A DNA stretch of 64,000 nucleotides from Candidatus Versatilivorator sp. (GTDB taxonomy: Bacteria > Acidobacteriota > Terriglobia > Versatilivoradales > Versatilivoraceae). Of this stretch, positions 8,991 through 18,163 are shown one piece after another. Made by a program: the position numbers and the translations under genes. The first letter of the stretch is position 1, and each line of letters starts with the position of its first letter. The stretch is taken from the NCBI GenBank assembly GCA_965198125.1, contig CBDAOQ010000003.1, positions 3,407,953 through 3,471,952 of the forward strand. The letters run 5' to 3'. The notes beneath the pieces are model-generated. The model did not search any database, was not told where the DNA came from, and saw only the letters and a program-made list of their open reading frames with translations.

Positions 8991-11244
8991 GGTCCTGGAA
9001 CAGCACAACCTGACCGAAGCCGAATACGACCGCATTCTGTCGATCCTGGGCCGGCCGCCCAACCTGACGGAACTGGGGATCTTCAGTGTCATGTGGAGCG
9101 AACACTGCAGTTACAAGAGTTCCAAGCTCCATTTGAAGCGGTTGCCGACTCAGGGCCCCCAGGTGCTGCAGGGACCCGGCGAGAACGCCGGCATCGTCGA
9201 TATCGGGGACGGCTACGCGGTGGCCTTCAAGATAGAGTCCCACAACCACCCCAGCTTCGTAGAACCCTACCAGGGAGCGGCCACTGGCGTCGGGGGGATT
9301 TTGCGCGACATTTTTACCATGGGCGCCCGTCCCATTGCCGCCATGAACTCCTTGCGCTTCGGGCCGCCCGACCAGCCCCGAAACCGGCGCATCATGGAGG
9401 GCGTCGTGGCCGGAATCGCCGGATACGGCAACTGTTTCGGGGTGCCTACCGTGGGTGGGGAAGTGGTGTTCGGGGAGTGTTATTCCCAGAACCCCCTGGT
9501 CAATGCCTTCGCCCTGGGGCTGTTCCGGAAGGACCGGATCTTTTACGGGAAAGCCGCGGGAATCGGGAATCCGGTGATCTACGTCGGTTCCAAGACCGGT
9601 AGGGACGGGATTCATGGGGCCACCATGGCTTCGGCCGAGTTCGATGAAGCCTCGGAGAGCAAGCGCCCCAACGTGCAGGTCGGCGATCCCTTCCTGGAGA
9701 AACTGTTGTTGGAAGCCTGTCTGGAGTCCATGAGGACGGGCGCCGTGGTGGGTATCCAGGACATGGGGGCCGCCGGACTGACCTGTTCCACCTGTGAGAT
9801 GGGGGGGCGGGCGGACACCGGGATCGAGATCGATCTGGCGAAGGTGCCTCAGCGCGAGCAGGGAATGACTCCCTATGAGATCATGCTGAGCGAATCCCAG
9901 GAGAGAATGCTTCTGGTGGCGGAACGGGGTAGGGAAGAGGAGATTCTCCGGATCTTCCGAAAGTGGGAGATCGACGCCGTCACGATTGGAAAGGTCACCC
10001 GGGACGGGATGCTCCGAATCCTGGACCGGGGAAAGAAAGTGGCCGAGATACCCAATCGAGCCTTGACCGATGAGGCCCCCGTTTACCGGCGACCGGTGGC
10101 GGCCCCCGCAAAGCCCTCGCCGGAGCCAGCGCCGCCGCCCGGGTCTCTGTCCCTGGATTGGGGCAAGGTCCTGGAATGCTTTCTGGCTTCTCCCAACCTG
10201 AGCTCGCGGGAGTGGGTCTATCGCCAATACGACCACATGGTTCGGACCAACACGGTTCAGGCTCCCGGCGCCGACGCGGCCGTGGTTCGGGTCAAGAACA
10301 CCGGGAAGGCCCTGGCCATGAGCCTGGATGGCAACGGCCGTTACTGCCGTCAGGACCCTCGGGTGGGAGCCCAGTTGTCGGTGGCCGAGAGCTGCCGCAA
10401 CCTCGTCTGTGCCGGAGCCCGTCCCCTGGCGGCCACCAACTGCCTGAATCTGGGCAATCCGGAAAAGCCCGAAATCATGTGGCAGGTGACCCAGGTGGTT
10501 GAAGGGATCGCCGAAGCCTGCCGCGCCCTGGAAACTCCCATCACCGGCGGAAACGTCAGCTTGTACAACGAGACGCTGGGGGAGGGCATCGACCCCACTC
10601 CCGTCATTGGAATGGTGGGGTTGATCGAACCGCTTTCTCGCCTTCGGGGCTCCTGGTTTGTCGAGGAGGGCCATCGGATCGTCTTGCTGGGTCCGCTGGT
10701 TGGCCAGCCGACGAGCTATTCGAGCGCTGTCCGCCGTAACCTGGCGAAGCTGCGGCGCTTGCAGGAAACGGGCGGAGATGTCTATACCCGGTGGGTCGGT
10801 GCGCTTCCCTGTCCGCCCCTGGACCTGGACCTGGAGGTTCGCGTTCAAAGGACCTGCCGGGAGGGCATCGAGAGCGGCGTGATTCTCTCCGCTCACGACT
10901 GTTCGGAGGGGGGATTGGCCGTGGCCCTGGCGGAGATGGGCTTTTCCCGCTTTGGCGGCAGGACTCTGGGGGCCGAGATCCGGTTGCCTCCGGCCGAAGA
11001 GGTGGGAGAGGTGTTGTTCGCAGAATATCCCTCCAGGATTCTGGTCACTGTTGAGGCGGAAAACCTGGCAGCCCTGCAGAGGATTGCGGCGCTCCAGGGC
11101 GTGCCGGTGACTTCTTTGGGACAGGTGGTTCCGGAAGTGTTGAGCCTGCGCAGCCCGGATTCGGCCGTGATCGAGAAATCGATGGTCTCCCTGGAGGAGA
11201 CCTGGAGGAATTGTCTGGGAGGTTTGTTCGCCGATCCATTATAA
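8980..11244 (+). CDS. purL: phosphoribosylformylglycinamidine synthase subunit PurL
   Basis: [19 protein letters not shown]...[12 protein letters not shown]; about 750 aa FGAM synthase II. Start could be 8962 or 8980. Confidence 0.9.
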   Translation: MTPEVLEQHNLTEAEYDRILSILGRPPNLTELGIFSVMWSEHCSYKSSKLHLKRLPTQGPQVLQGPGENAGIVDIGDGYAVAFKIESHNHPSFVEPYQGAATGVGGILRDIFTMGARPIAAMNSLRFGPPDQPRNRRIMEGVVAGIAGYGNCFGVPTVGGEVVFGECYSQNPLVNAFALGLFRKDRIFYGKAAGIGNPVIYVGSKTGRDGIHGATMASAEFDEASESKRPNVQVGDPFLEKLLLEACLESMRTGAVVGIQDMGAAGLTCSTCEMGGRADTGIEIDLAKVPQREQGMTPYEIMLSESQERMLLVAERGREEEILRIFRKWEIDAVTIGKVTRDGMLRILDRGKKVAEIPNRALTDEAPVYRRPVAAPAKPSPEPAPPPGSLSLDWGKVLECFLASPNLSSREWVYRQYDHMVRTNTVQAPGADAAVVRVKNTGKALAMSLDGNGRYCRQDPRVGAQLSVAESCRNLVCAGARPLAATNCLNLGNPEKPEIMWQVTQVVEGIAEACRALETPITGGNVSLYNETLGEGIDPTPVIGMVGLIEPLSRLRGSWFVEEGHRIVLLGPLVGQPTSYSSAVRRNLAKLRRLQETGGDVYTRWVGALPCPPLDLDLEVRVQRTCREGIESGVILSAHDCSEGGLAVALAEMGFSRFGGRTLGAEIRLPPAEEVGEVLFAEYPSRILVTVEAENLAALQRIAALQGVPVTSLGQVVPEVLSLRSPDSAVIEKSMVSLEETWRNCLGGLFADPL

Positions 11245-11336
11245 TTTTACGGTCGCGCCGCCCGTCATCCTTGTGATCAGTCCCTCCCATAGCACAGGCT
11301 GCGTTCCGGACAAAATGAGGTGTCCCCGGGGAACCG

Positions 11337-12728
11337 ATGCTTGACAAGTTTCGGGAAGAGTGCGGAGTCTTTGGGGTATTTGGACATCGAGAGGCGTCCC
11401 GGATCACCTATCTGGGCCTGTACGCCCTTCAGCATCGGGGCCAGGAGAGCGCGGGAATCGTCTCGACCGATGCCAACGAACTCCACAGCGAGACGGGGAT
11501 GGGCCACGTGGCCGATATCTTTACCCAGTCTCGCCTGGAGAATCTGAAGGGGGAGGCGGCCATTGGCCATACCCGCTACTCGACGGCGGGTGAGAGCGCG
11601 GCGAAAAATGCCCAGCCCCTGGTGGTTTCCTGCAGCCAGGGCGAGTTGGCGCTCTGTCATAATGGGAACCTTATCAATGCCTTGCAGGTGAGGAGCCAGC
11701 TCGAGAAGGCCGGCTCGATCTTTCAGTCCACCACCGATAGCGAGGTCATTCTTCACCTCATTGCCCGATCCCGCCAGGGGACCATCGAGGAGGCCATCCA
11801 GGAAGCGCTGTCGCAAATGACAGGGGCCTACTCTCTGATTTTCCTGACCCACGAAAAAGTCATTGCCGCTCGGGATCCGCGGGGGTTTCGTCCCCTGAGC
11901 CTGGGCTGGCTGGACGGCTCTCCGGTGCTGGCGTCGGAGACCTGTGCCTTTGACCTCATCGAGGCCCGGTATGACCGGGAAGTCGCCCCCGGGGAGATGC
12001 TGACGCTTTTCAAGGGCGGGATCCGGTCTCGCCAGATCTCGCCACCGCTGTCTCCCTCCTTTTGCGTCTTCGAGCACGTCTACTTTTCCAGGCCCGACAG
12101 CCGGATCTTTGGCCGGTCCGTTTACGAGAGCCGCCACCTCCTGGGGCGATACTTGGCGCAGGAGCAGCCGGTGGAGGCCGACATCGTCGTACCTGTGCCG
12201 GATTCCGGAGTGGCTGCGGCCATCGGCTTCTCCCATGAATCGGGGATCCAGTTCGAATTCGGACTCATCCGCAACCACTATGTCGGCAGGACCTTTATCG
12301 AGCCCAAGCAGTCCATTCGCCATTTCGGGGTCAAGATCAAGTTGAATCCGGTGGCGGAGTTGATCCGGGGGAAGCGAGTCGTTCTGGTGGACGATTCCAT
12401 CGTGAGGGGCACAACCAGCCGCAAGATTGTCAAGATGGTCCGGGATGTCGGCGCCGAGGAAGTCCATGTGCGGGTCAGTTGCCCGCCGACGATCTCCCCC
12501 TGCTTTTACGGGGTGGACACGCCTACCAAGAGGGAGTTGATAGCTTCCAGCCATTCGGTGGACGAAATTCGCAAGCACATCAAGGCGGACACCTTGGGAT
12601 ATTTGAGCCACGAAGGCATGCTCCGCGCCTGTGGTGTGGACCAGGGCCAAGGCCACTTCTGCTCGGCTTGCTATACCGGCAACTATCCGGTGCCTTTTCC
12701 TCAGATGCCTGCGGTCGGGACTGCCTGA
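11337..12728 (+). CDS. purF: amidophosphoribosyltransferase
   Basis: MLDKFREECGVFGVFGH N-terminal nucleophile Cys motif, PRTase domain, C-terminal Cys cluster. Confidence 0.9.
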   Translation: MLDKFREECGVFGVFGHREASRITYLGLYALQHRGQESAGIVSTDANELHSETGMGHVADIFTQSRLENLKGEAAIGHTRYSTAGESAAKNAQPLVVSCSQGELALCHNGNLINALQVRSQLEKAGSIFQSTTDSEVILHLIARSRQGTIEEAIQEALSQMTGAYSLIFLTHEKVIAARDPRGFRPLSLGWLDGSPVLASETCAFDLIEARYDREVAPGEMLTLFKGGIRSRQISPPLSPSFCVFEHVYFSRPDSRIFGRSVYESRHLLGRYLAQEQPVEADIVVPVPDSGVAAAIGFSHESGIQFEFGLIRNHYVGRTFIEPKQSIRHFGVKIKLNPVAELIRGKRVVLVDDSIVRGTTSRKIVKMVRDVGAEEVHVRVSCPPTISPCFYGVDTPTKRELIASSHSVDEIRKHIKADTLGYLSHEGMLRACGVDQGQGHFCSACYTGNYPVPFPQMPAVGTA

Positions 12729-12801
12729 GCCTGTCCAGGCAACAAGGCTGCCGCCGGTGGGCACCGCCCCTTGTCCGCGGGAGCGAAGCTTTTTCTAACC
12801 C

Positions 12802-13845
12802 ATGACTGCCAAGACCGTCTTTGCCTACCGGGACGCCGGTGTGGATATCGACCGGGCCGATGCCGCCAAGAAACGCATCAAGGCCCTGGCCCGCCAGACC
12901 TTTACGCCTGAGGTGGTCAGCGAGATCGGCGCCTTTGGCGGACTCTTTCGTCTGGAGAGAGGGCGTTCGACCCGGCCCATCCTGGTGTCCAGTGTGGATG
13001 GTGTCGGGACCAAGCTCAAGATTGCCTTTGCCACCGGGATCCATCACACCGTGGGCAGGGATCTGGTGGCTCACTGTGTCAACGACATCCTGGTTCAGGG
13101 AGCGGTGCCTCTCTTCTTCATGGACTACATCGCAACCGATCGGATGGAACCGGAGATCATCGCCAAGGTGGTGGAGGGGATAGCCGCCGGCTGCCGGGAG
13201 GCGGGATGTGCTCTGCTGGGCGGAGAAACGGCCCAGATGCCGGGGTTCTACTCCAGCGGGGAGTACGATCTGGCCGGTTTCATCGTGGGACTGGTCGATC
13301 AGTCGCACCTGCTGGACGGACAACGCATCCGGCCGGGAGATGCCATCCTGGGACTGGCATCGACGGGGTTGCACACCAACGGTTACTCCCTGGCACGGAA
13401 GTTGTTGTTCGAGGTCGGCGGTTATGAGGTGAGTACACGGCTTCCCCGGTTGACGCTTCCCCTGGGAGAAGCACTGCTGCAGCCCCATCGAAGCTATCTG
13501 TCCTTGCTGAAGCCGCTGCTGGACCGGGGATGGCTCAGCGGGCTGGCCCACATCACCGGTGGCGGATTGACTGACAATCTCCCGCGCATTCTCCCCGGCG
13601 GCTGCTCGGCTCACATTCAACTGGAATCCTGGCCCGAGCCACCCATTTTTGGCGTGCTTCAGAAGCTGGGGCAGATCGATGAGGCCGAGATGCTGCGTAC
13701 CTTCAATATGGGTATCGGCATGGCGCTGATCGTTCCGCCCGCGGAAGTGGCCAATGTGGAAGAACATCTTGCTGGGAGCCGGGAGCCGTTATACCGAATC
13801 GGTGAGATCCGCTCGGGGAAACATCGGGTTTGCTACAGCCGGTAG
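12802..13845 (+). CDS. purM: phosphoribosylformylglycinamidine cyclo-ligase
   Basis: AIR synthase family; 347 aa; sits in the pur operon. Confidence 0.9.
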   Translation: MTAKTVFAYRDAGVDIDRADAAKKRIKALARQTFTPEVVSEIGAFGGLFRLERGRSTRPILVSSVDGVGTKLKIAFATGIHHTVGRDLVAHCVNDILVQGAVPLFFMDYIATDRMEPEIIAKVVEGIAAGCREAGCALLGGETAQMPGFYSSGEYDLAGFIVGLVDQSHLLDGQRIRPGDAILGLASTGLHTNGYSLARKLLFEVGGYEVSTRLPRLTLPLGEALLQPHRSYLSLLKPLLDRGWLSGLAHITGGGLTDNLPRILPGGCSAHIQLESWPEPPIFGVLQKLGQIDEAEMLRTFNMGIGMALIVPPAEVANVEEHLAGSREPLYRIGEIRSGKHRVCYSR

Positions 13846-13893
13846 GGGCAGCGGCGGGTCGCGGTGTTGGTTGCCGGGAGGTGGGCCTGCCGG

Positions 13894-14511
13894 ATGGGTG
13901 GGCATCAGGTGAAACGTCTTGCGATCTTGTTGTCCGGGCGCGGCTCCAACTTCGAGGCCATCGCCGACAGTGTCCAGGAGGGCCGTTTGCCGGCCCGCAT
14001 CGAGTTGGTGGTCAGCAACCTGGCCTCGGCCGCCGGACTGGAAAAAGCGCGGCGGCGGGGTTTGAAAACGGTCGTCATCCCCTCCGCAGGTGTGGCTCGG
14101 GAGGACTATGACCGGCGCCTGGTCGAGGAGTTGAAGCGGCACCGGGTGGAGCTGGTTTGCCTGGCTGGCTTCATGCGGATCCTCAGTCCCTTCTTCGTCC
14201 GGTCCTTTCCCAACCGAATCCTGAACATCCATCCCTCCCTGCTTCCGGCCTTTCCCGGACTGCATCCCCAGCGTCAGGCGCTGGAGTCCGGGGTCCGATT
14301 CGCGGGCTGCACCGTCCACTTCGTGGATGAAGGGGTGGATTCGGGTCCCATTCTGTTGCAGGCCGTGGTGCCGGTGCTGGAGAGCGATGACGAAGAGTCC
14401 CTGGCCGCGAGGATTCTTGCAGAAGAGCACCGGCTTTATCCCCGGGCAATTGGGATGGTGGTTCGGGATGAAGTGCGTCTGAAAGGGCGCAGGGTGGTCC
14501 GCAGGTCCTGA
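13894..14511 (+). CDS. purN: phosphoribosylglycinamide formyltransferase
   Basis: KRLAILLSGRGSNFEAI and the formyltransferase core HPSLLPAFPG. Start may be an earlier GTG/ATG (13864). Confidence 0.85.
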   Translation: MGGHQVKRLAILLSGRGSNFEAIADSVQEGRLPARIELVVSNLASAAGLEKARRRGLKTVVIPSAGVAREDYDRRLVEELKRHRVELVCLAGFMRILSPFFVRSFPNRILNIHPSLLPAFPGLHPQRQALESGVRFAGCTVHFVDEGVDSGPILLQAVVPVLESDDEESLAARILAEEHRLYPRAIGMVVRDEVRLKGRRVVRRS

Positions 14512-14788
14512 CTGCCGGATCGCGGAGCGCTATTCAGATCGAGGGTTTTTCCTCCCGAGTCCGTCAAGGATCAGGTGACACTGAACCCGTTTGCCGTCTG
14601 AAGCTCAATGGCCACAAAAGGCACAAAAACACAAAAAGAACCATCGGATCGGCAAGACTCGAAATCAAGAAACTCGTTTTGTGACTTTTATGCTTTTTGT
14701 GGTGAATGTCGGAGCCTGTAGCACATCACCTTTGCCGCCTCAATGTCGTTCCCGATTGCGAACTTTGCAAAAGGCTCTGGAATATGAA

Positions 14789-14994
14789 CATGGATGCACA
14801 GGATGCACAGGATAAAACGGGACGAGATGACGCGGCACAGGAAGTGGACTCGCTCGATGATCGGGTACGTATTCCGATTGACCCATGAGCGTGGGAGCGG
14901 GTTTTGGGTAATCCATGTAGGAACATAGGCGATGGTTGAATTCAAGACGGTGCAACCGCCCGCCAATTAATCCTGTATATCCTGTCCATCCATG
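14789..14994. repeat. MITE-like unit with about 25-bp terminal inverted repeats (CATGGATGCACAGGATGCACAGGAT ... ATCCTGTATATCCTGTCCATCCATG), copy 1
   Basis: The two termini are reverse complements of each other. Related units occur at 21557-21811, 47106-47238, 47261-47408, 47439-47489 and 54439-54505. The internal segment CTCGATGATCGGGT...GATCCATGAGCKTGGGAGCGGGTTTTTGG is shared with the 21.6-kb copy. Confidence 0.7.
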
Positions 14995-15071
14995 TAAATA
15001 AACCAAATACTCATACTTGACTGTGAACCGGTTTCGCGCCATCCGGCGCGGGGCGTTGTTTCGGACAAGTT

Positions 15072-15117
15072 GGGCCCCCGCCCCCACGACGGGGCGGATC
15101 ATCCGAGAGTGAAACAA
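15072..15117. repeat. GC-rich hairpin (GGGCCCCCGCC..GGGGCGG) followed by conserved ATCATCCGAGAGTGAAACAA motif, copy 1
   Basis: Near-identical motifs at 21371-21416 and 21449-21490. Confidence 0.6.
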
Positions 15118-15173
15118 TCGGAAATCGACAATCCTTTCGTGACCTTGGTATCCCGTCGCGGTTAACCTCAACG

Positions 15174-15250
15174 CCTTAGTGGCCCTTCGTCGTTCTTCGT
15201 GGCCCTTCGTGGATAACTCTTTTTTCTTTTGTTTCGGACAAGTAGAGAGG
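15174..15250. repeat. 9-bp tandem CTTCGTGGN array ending in GGATAACTCTTTTTTC...GTTTCGGACAAGT (short copy of the about 280-bp arm repeat)
   Basis: CCTTAGTGGCCCTTCGTCGTTCTTCGTGGCCCTTCGTGGATAACTC; homologous to 21870-22170, 33964-34240 and 47556-47700. Confidence 0.65.
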
Positions 15251-15263
15251 GAATCGCGTAACC

Positions 15264-16481
15264 GTGACTGTTGAGGAACAACTGGCCTTCCTGCAACAGG
15301 GAGTCGCCGAGCTGATTCGACCGGAGGAGCTTCGAGCCCGGCTGGCCCGCTCGGCTGAAACCGGAAGGCGGTTGCGGATCAAAGCCGGTTTCGATCCGAC
15401 GGCGCCGGACCTGCATCTGGGCCACACGGTCATGCTGCGCAGCATGAGGCGTTTTCAGGACCTGGGCCACACGGTCATCTTCCTGATCGGCGACTTCACC
15501 GGTTTGATCGGGGACCCCTCCGGGCGCAGCGCCACCCGCAAGCCTTTGAGCCGGGAGCAGGTGGCGGAGAATGCCGAGACCTACAAGCAGCAAGTGTTCA
15601 AGATCCTGGATCCGGAAAAAACTACCATCGACTTCAACAGTCGTTGGATGACGCCCTTTAGCAGCGAGCAATTTCTCAAGTTGGCCTCCCGCTACACCGT
15701 GGCCCGCATGCTGGAGAGAGACGACTTCAGCAAGCGATTGAAGAAGTCACAGCCTGTCGCCATTCACGAGCTCATTTATCCCCTGGTTCAAGGGTACGAT
15801 TCGGTGGTGTTGGAAGCCGACGTGGAAATGGGCGGCACCGATCAAAAGTTCAATCTGCTGGTGGGGCGGGAGCTGCAGAGGGAATATGGACAGGAACCCC
15901 AAGTGCTGCTGATGCTGCCGCTACTGGAGGGATTGGACGGGGTGCAGAAGATGTCCAAGTCCTTGGGAAACGCCATTGGGATCCAGGAACCGGCTTCGGA
16001 GATCTTCGGGAAGGTGATGTCGATTTCGGATGCCCTCATGTATCGCTACTACGAACTCTGTACCGACCTGAGCTCGTCCGAGATCGACCGAATCCGAAAA
16101 CAGGTGGCAGAAGGCAGCCTGCATCCCAAGGCTGCCAAGGTGGACCTGGCCAAGAGCATCGTGCGAGAGTTTCATTCGCGCCAGGCCGCCGACCGGGCCG
16201 AGGAGGAGTTCCATCGCATCCATTCTCAGAGGCTGCTCCCCAATCGAATGGAGGAGAAAAGGCTGCCGGTTTCTACGGAAGGGCTGCGGCTTTCGAAATT
16301 GATGGTACGGGTGGGGCTGGCCCCCTCGGTGGGCCAGGCCGTTCGCTTGATCACCCAGCAGGCGGTATCCCTGAACCATCAGAAGGTCACCGACGTCAAG
16401 GCGGAGATGGATTGTTCCCGGCCCTCCTCCTGGGTCCTGAAGGTGGGGAAGCGCGGCTTCGTGAAGGTGATTGTCGGGTGA
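15264..16481 (+). CDS. tyrS: tyrosine--tRNA ligase
   Basis: Class I HIGH motif DLHLGH and KMSKS motif QKMSKSLGN; C-terminal S4-like domain; GTG start. Confidence 0.9.
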   Translation: MTVEEQLAFLQQGVAELIRPEELRARLARSAETGRRLRIKAGFDPTAPDLHLGHTVMLRSMRRFQDLGHTVIFLIGDFTGLIGDPSGRSATRKPLSREQVAENAETYKQQVFKILDPEKTTIDFNSRWMTPFSSEQFLKLASRYTVARMLERDDFSKRLKKSQPVAIHELIYPLVQGYDSVVLEADVEMGGTDQKFNLLVGRELQREYGQEPQVLLMLPLLEGLDGVQKMSKSLGNAIGIQEPASEIFGKVMSISDALMYRYYELCTDLSSSEIDRIRKQVAEGSLHPKAAKVDLAKSIVREFHSRQAADRAEEEFHRIHSQRLLPNRMEEKRLPVSTEGLRLSKLMVRVGLAPSVGQAVRLITQQAVSLNHQKVTDVKAEMDCSRPSSWVLKVGKRGFVKVIVG

Positions 16482-16743
16482 GCCTGCCGGGAGCGGAACC
16501 GTGGGAATCACGGGATCTTCCTTATGATTTTTGAGGTAGGCGGGGATCACAGTCTACCGGAACAATCCTTTGGATGCTGGTGCCGGACTGGGACCCAGCG
16601 TTCCGCTTCGCCCATGCAGTCCTTTTTCGAAGTTATGTGAATCATTCTCGCGGTGTTCCTTGGTTGACAGGGAACAGTGGTTGGAGTAGCCTTGCCTCTG
16701 CAGTCTCAGGAGCAATGACAATTCTCGGGAAGCGGGAGGAATT

Positions 16744-17064
16744 ATGAGAAACGGAGTCCTGATTTTCTTGCTGGCGGTTGCGCTGACAGGCGGCCATCTC
16801 ATGGCGGGTGAGGCCTTGACGGGACACATCTCCGATGCCAAGTGCGGCGCTGCCCACGCCGACCATTCCGCCAAGTCGATCGGTTGCGTCACGGGGTGTG
16901 TAAATGGCGGTGAGAAGCCCGTGTTCGTCACGGGAGACAAGAAAGTCCTCCAGATCGCCAATGCCGACAAGGTGATGGCCCATCTCGGCCACAAGGTGGA
17001 GGTCACCGGCAAGGTGATGGACGGAACCCTGACCATCAAGTCGGTGAAGCACCTGGCCCCTTAA
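16744..17064 (+). CDS. small secreted Cys/His-containing protein, function unknown
   Basis: N-terminal signal peptide MRNGVLIFLLAVALTGGHLMA; coding-like codon usage; 106 aa. Confidence 0.5.
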   Translation: MRNGVLIFLLAVALTGGHLMAGEALTGHISDAKCGAAHADHSAKSIGCVTGCVNGGEKPVFVTGDKKVLQIANADKVMAHLGHKVEVTGKVMDGTLTIKSVKHLAP

Positions 17065-17289
17065 GGGTTGCACCCGACGGCAATCTTCCGGGGTAGGCGA
17101 TTCGGCCTTGCCCCCTTTCACTTCTGCAGGTCGCTGACCGGCTGAGTCCCCGTTGCGCCAGGGGTGCGACGGGGGCCGTAGTTTCCTCCAAGGCAGTTCC
17201 TTGCCCCCCCCCTGTCTCATTTTGTGGAACTGCATCCTCCGGCCCGGGGAGTTGGAGCCCAGCCCCTCAGCTTGTGACATAATGGTTTC

Positions 17290-17682
17290 ATGTTCAAAAT
17301 TCTCGCCCTCTTCCTCCTCCTTCCCTTGATAGAGTTGGCCCTGCTGATCGAGATCGGCAGCCACATCGGCACACTGGCCACCGTGGGGCTGATCCTCGCC
17401 ACCGGGGCCTTGGGCGCCTTTCTCGCACGCAGCCAGGGGCTGGAGGTTCTGCGACAGTTGCGGGTGGAAACGGCAGCCGGACGACTCCCGGCGGACCCGC
17501 TGGTTGACGGGGTGATCATCCTGCTGGCGGGCACCGTTCTGCTGACTCCGGGAGTCCTGACCGACATCCTGGGCTTTTTGTGCCTGATTCCGGCGTTCCG
17601 GCAATTTCTGAAAGCGATGCTTTGGCGAAAGTTGAGGCATTGGGTGGAACAGAATCGGGTTCAGGTCTCAGTCAACCTTTAG
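17290..17682 (+). CDS. fxsA: FxsA family inner-membrane protein
   Basis: Two N-terminal TM helices and the conserved GVLTDILGFLCLIPAFR motif typical of FxsA; 130 aa. Confidence 0.75.
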   Translation: MFKILALFLLLPLIELALLIEIGSHIGTLATVGLILATGALGAFLARSQGLEVLRQLRVETAAGRLPADPLVDGVIILLAGTVLLTPGVLTDILGFLCLIPAFRQFLKAMLWRKLRHWVEQNRVQVSVNL

Positions 17683-17719
17683 CATTTCAGCGGACACCCC
17701 GCATCGGGCGCGACAGGCC

Positions 17720-18079
17720 ATGAAATCCTCAGGGGCTTCAACCGATGTGGTCGTCGACAGCCGGACCGGCCTGGTCTGGAGCCGGCGAGACAATGGAAGG
17801 CGCCTCAACTGGCATGATGCCGCCGGCTGCGCGCAGAATCTGGATTTGGGTGGCTTTCACGATTGGCGCTTGCCCACTCTCGAGGAGCTCCATGGGCTGT
17901 GGGATCCGCCCCGCCGCACCATTCGAAAGCCCTTTGAATTGACAGGAGCCTGGGTTTGGAGCGGCACCCGGGCCGGGGCCGACCATGCCTGGTGTTTCTA
18001 CTACGCCATTGGGATGCGGGTGCGCTATCCGCTCAACGTGTCCTATGATTTGAGGACCCTGTTTGTGAGAGACCCCTAG
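17720..18079 (+). CDS. DUF1566 (Lcl C-terminal domain-like) protein
   Basis: WRLPTLEEL motif characteristic of DUF1566; 119 aa. Confidence 0.55.
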   Translation: MKSSGASTDVVVDSRTGLVWSRRDNGRRLNWHDAAGCAQNLDLGGFHDWRLPTLEELHGLWDPPRRTIRKPFELTGAWVWSGTRAGADHAWCFYYAIGMRVRYPLNVSYDLRTLFVRDP

Positions 18080-18163
18080 ATGGGATTCCTCACCGGGTTC
18101 CAGATTAGCCGGGAGTGCCGTGCGAACCGGCTGGGCGGGATTTGCCCGCGGGAAGGAGAAAAA

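Noticed and set aside
8662-10896. 744-aa minus-strand ORF
   Set aside because: It is antisense to purQ/purL, which have unambiguous conserved motifs. The translation is Arg/Gly/Pro-rich low-complexity sequence typical of GC-driven spurious ORFs.
11277-12764. 495-aa minus-strand ORF
   Set aside because: Antisense to purF; same reasoning.
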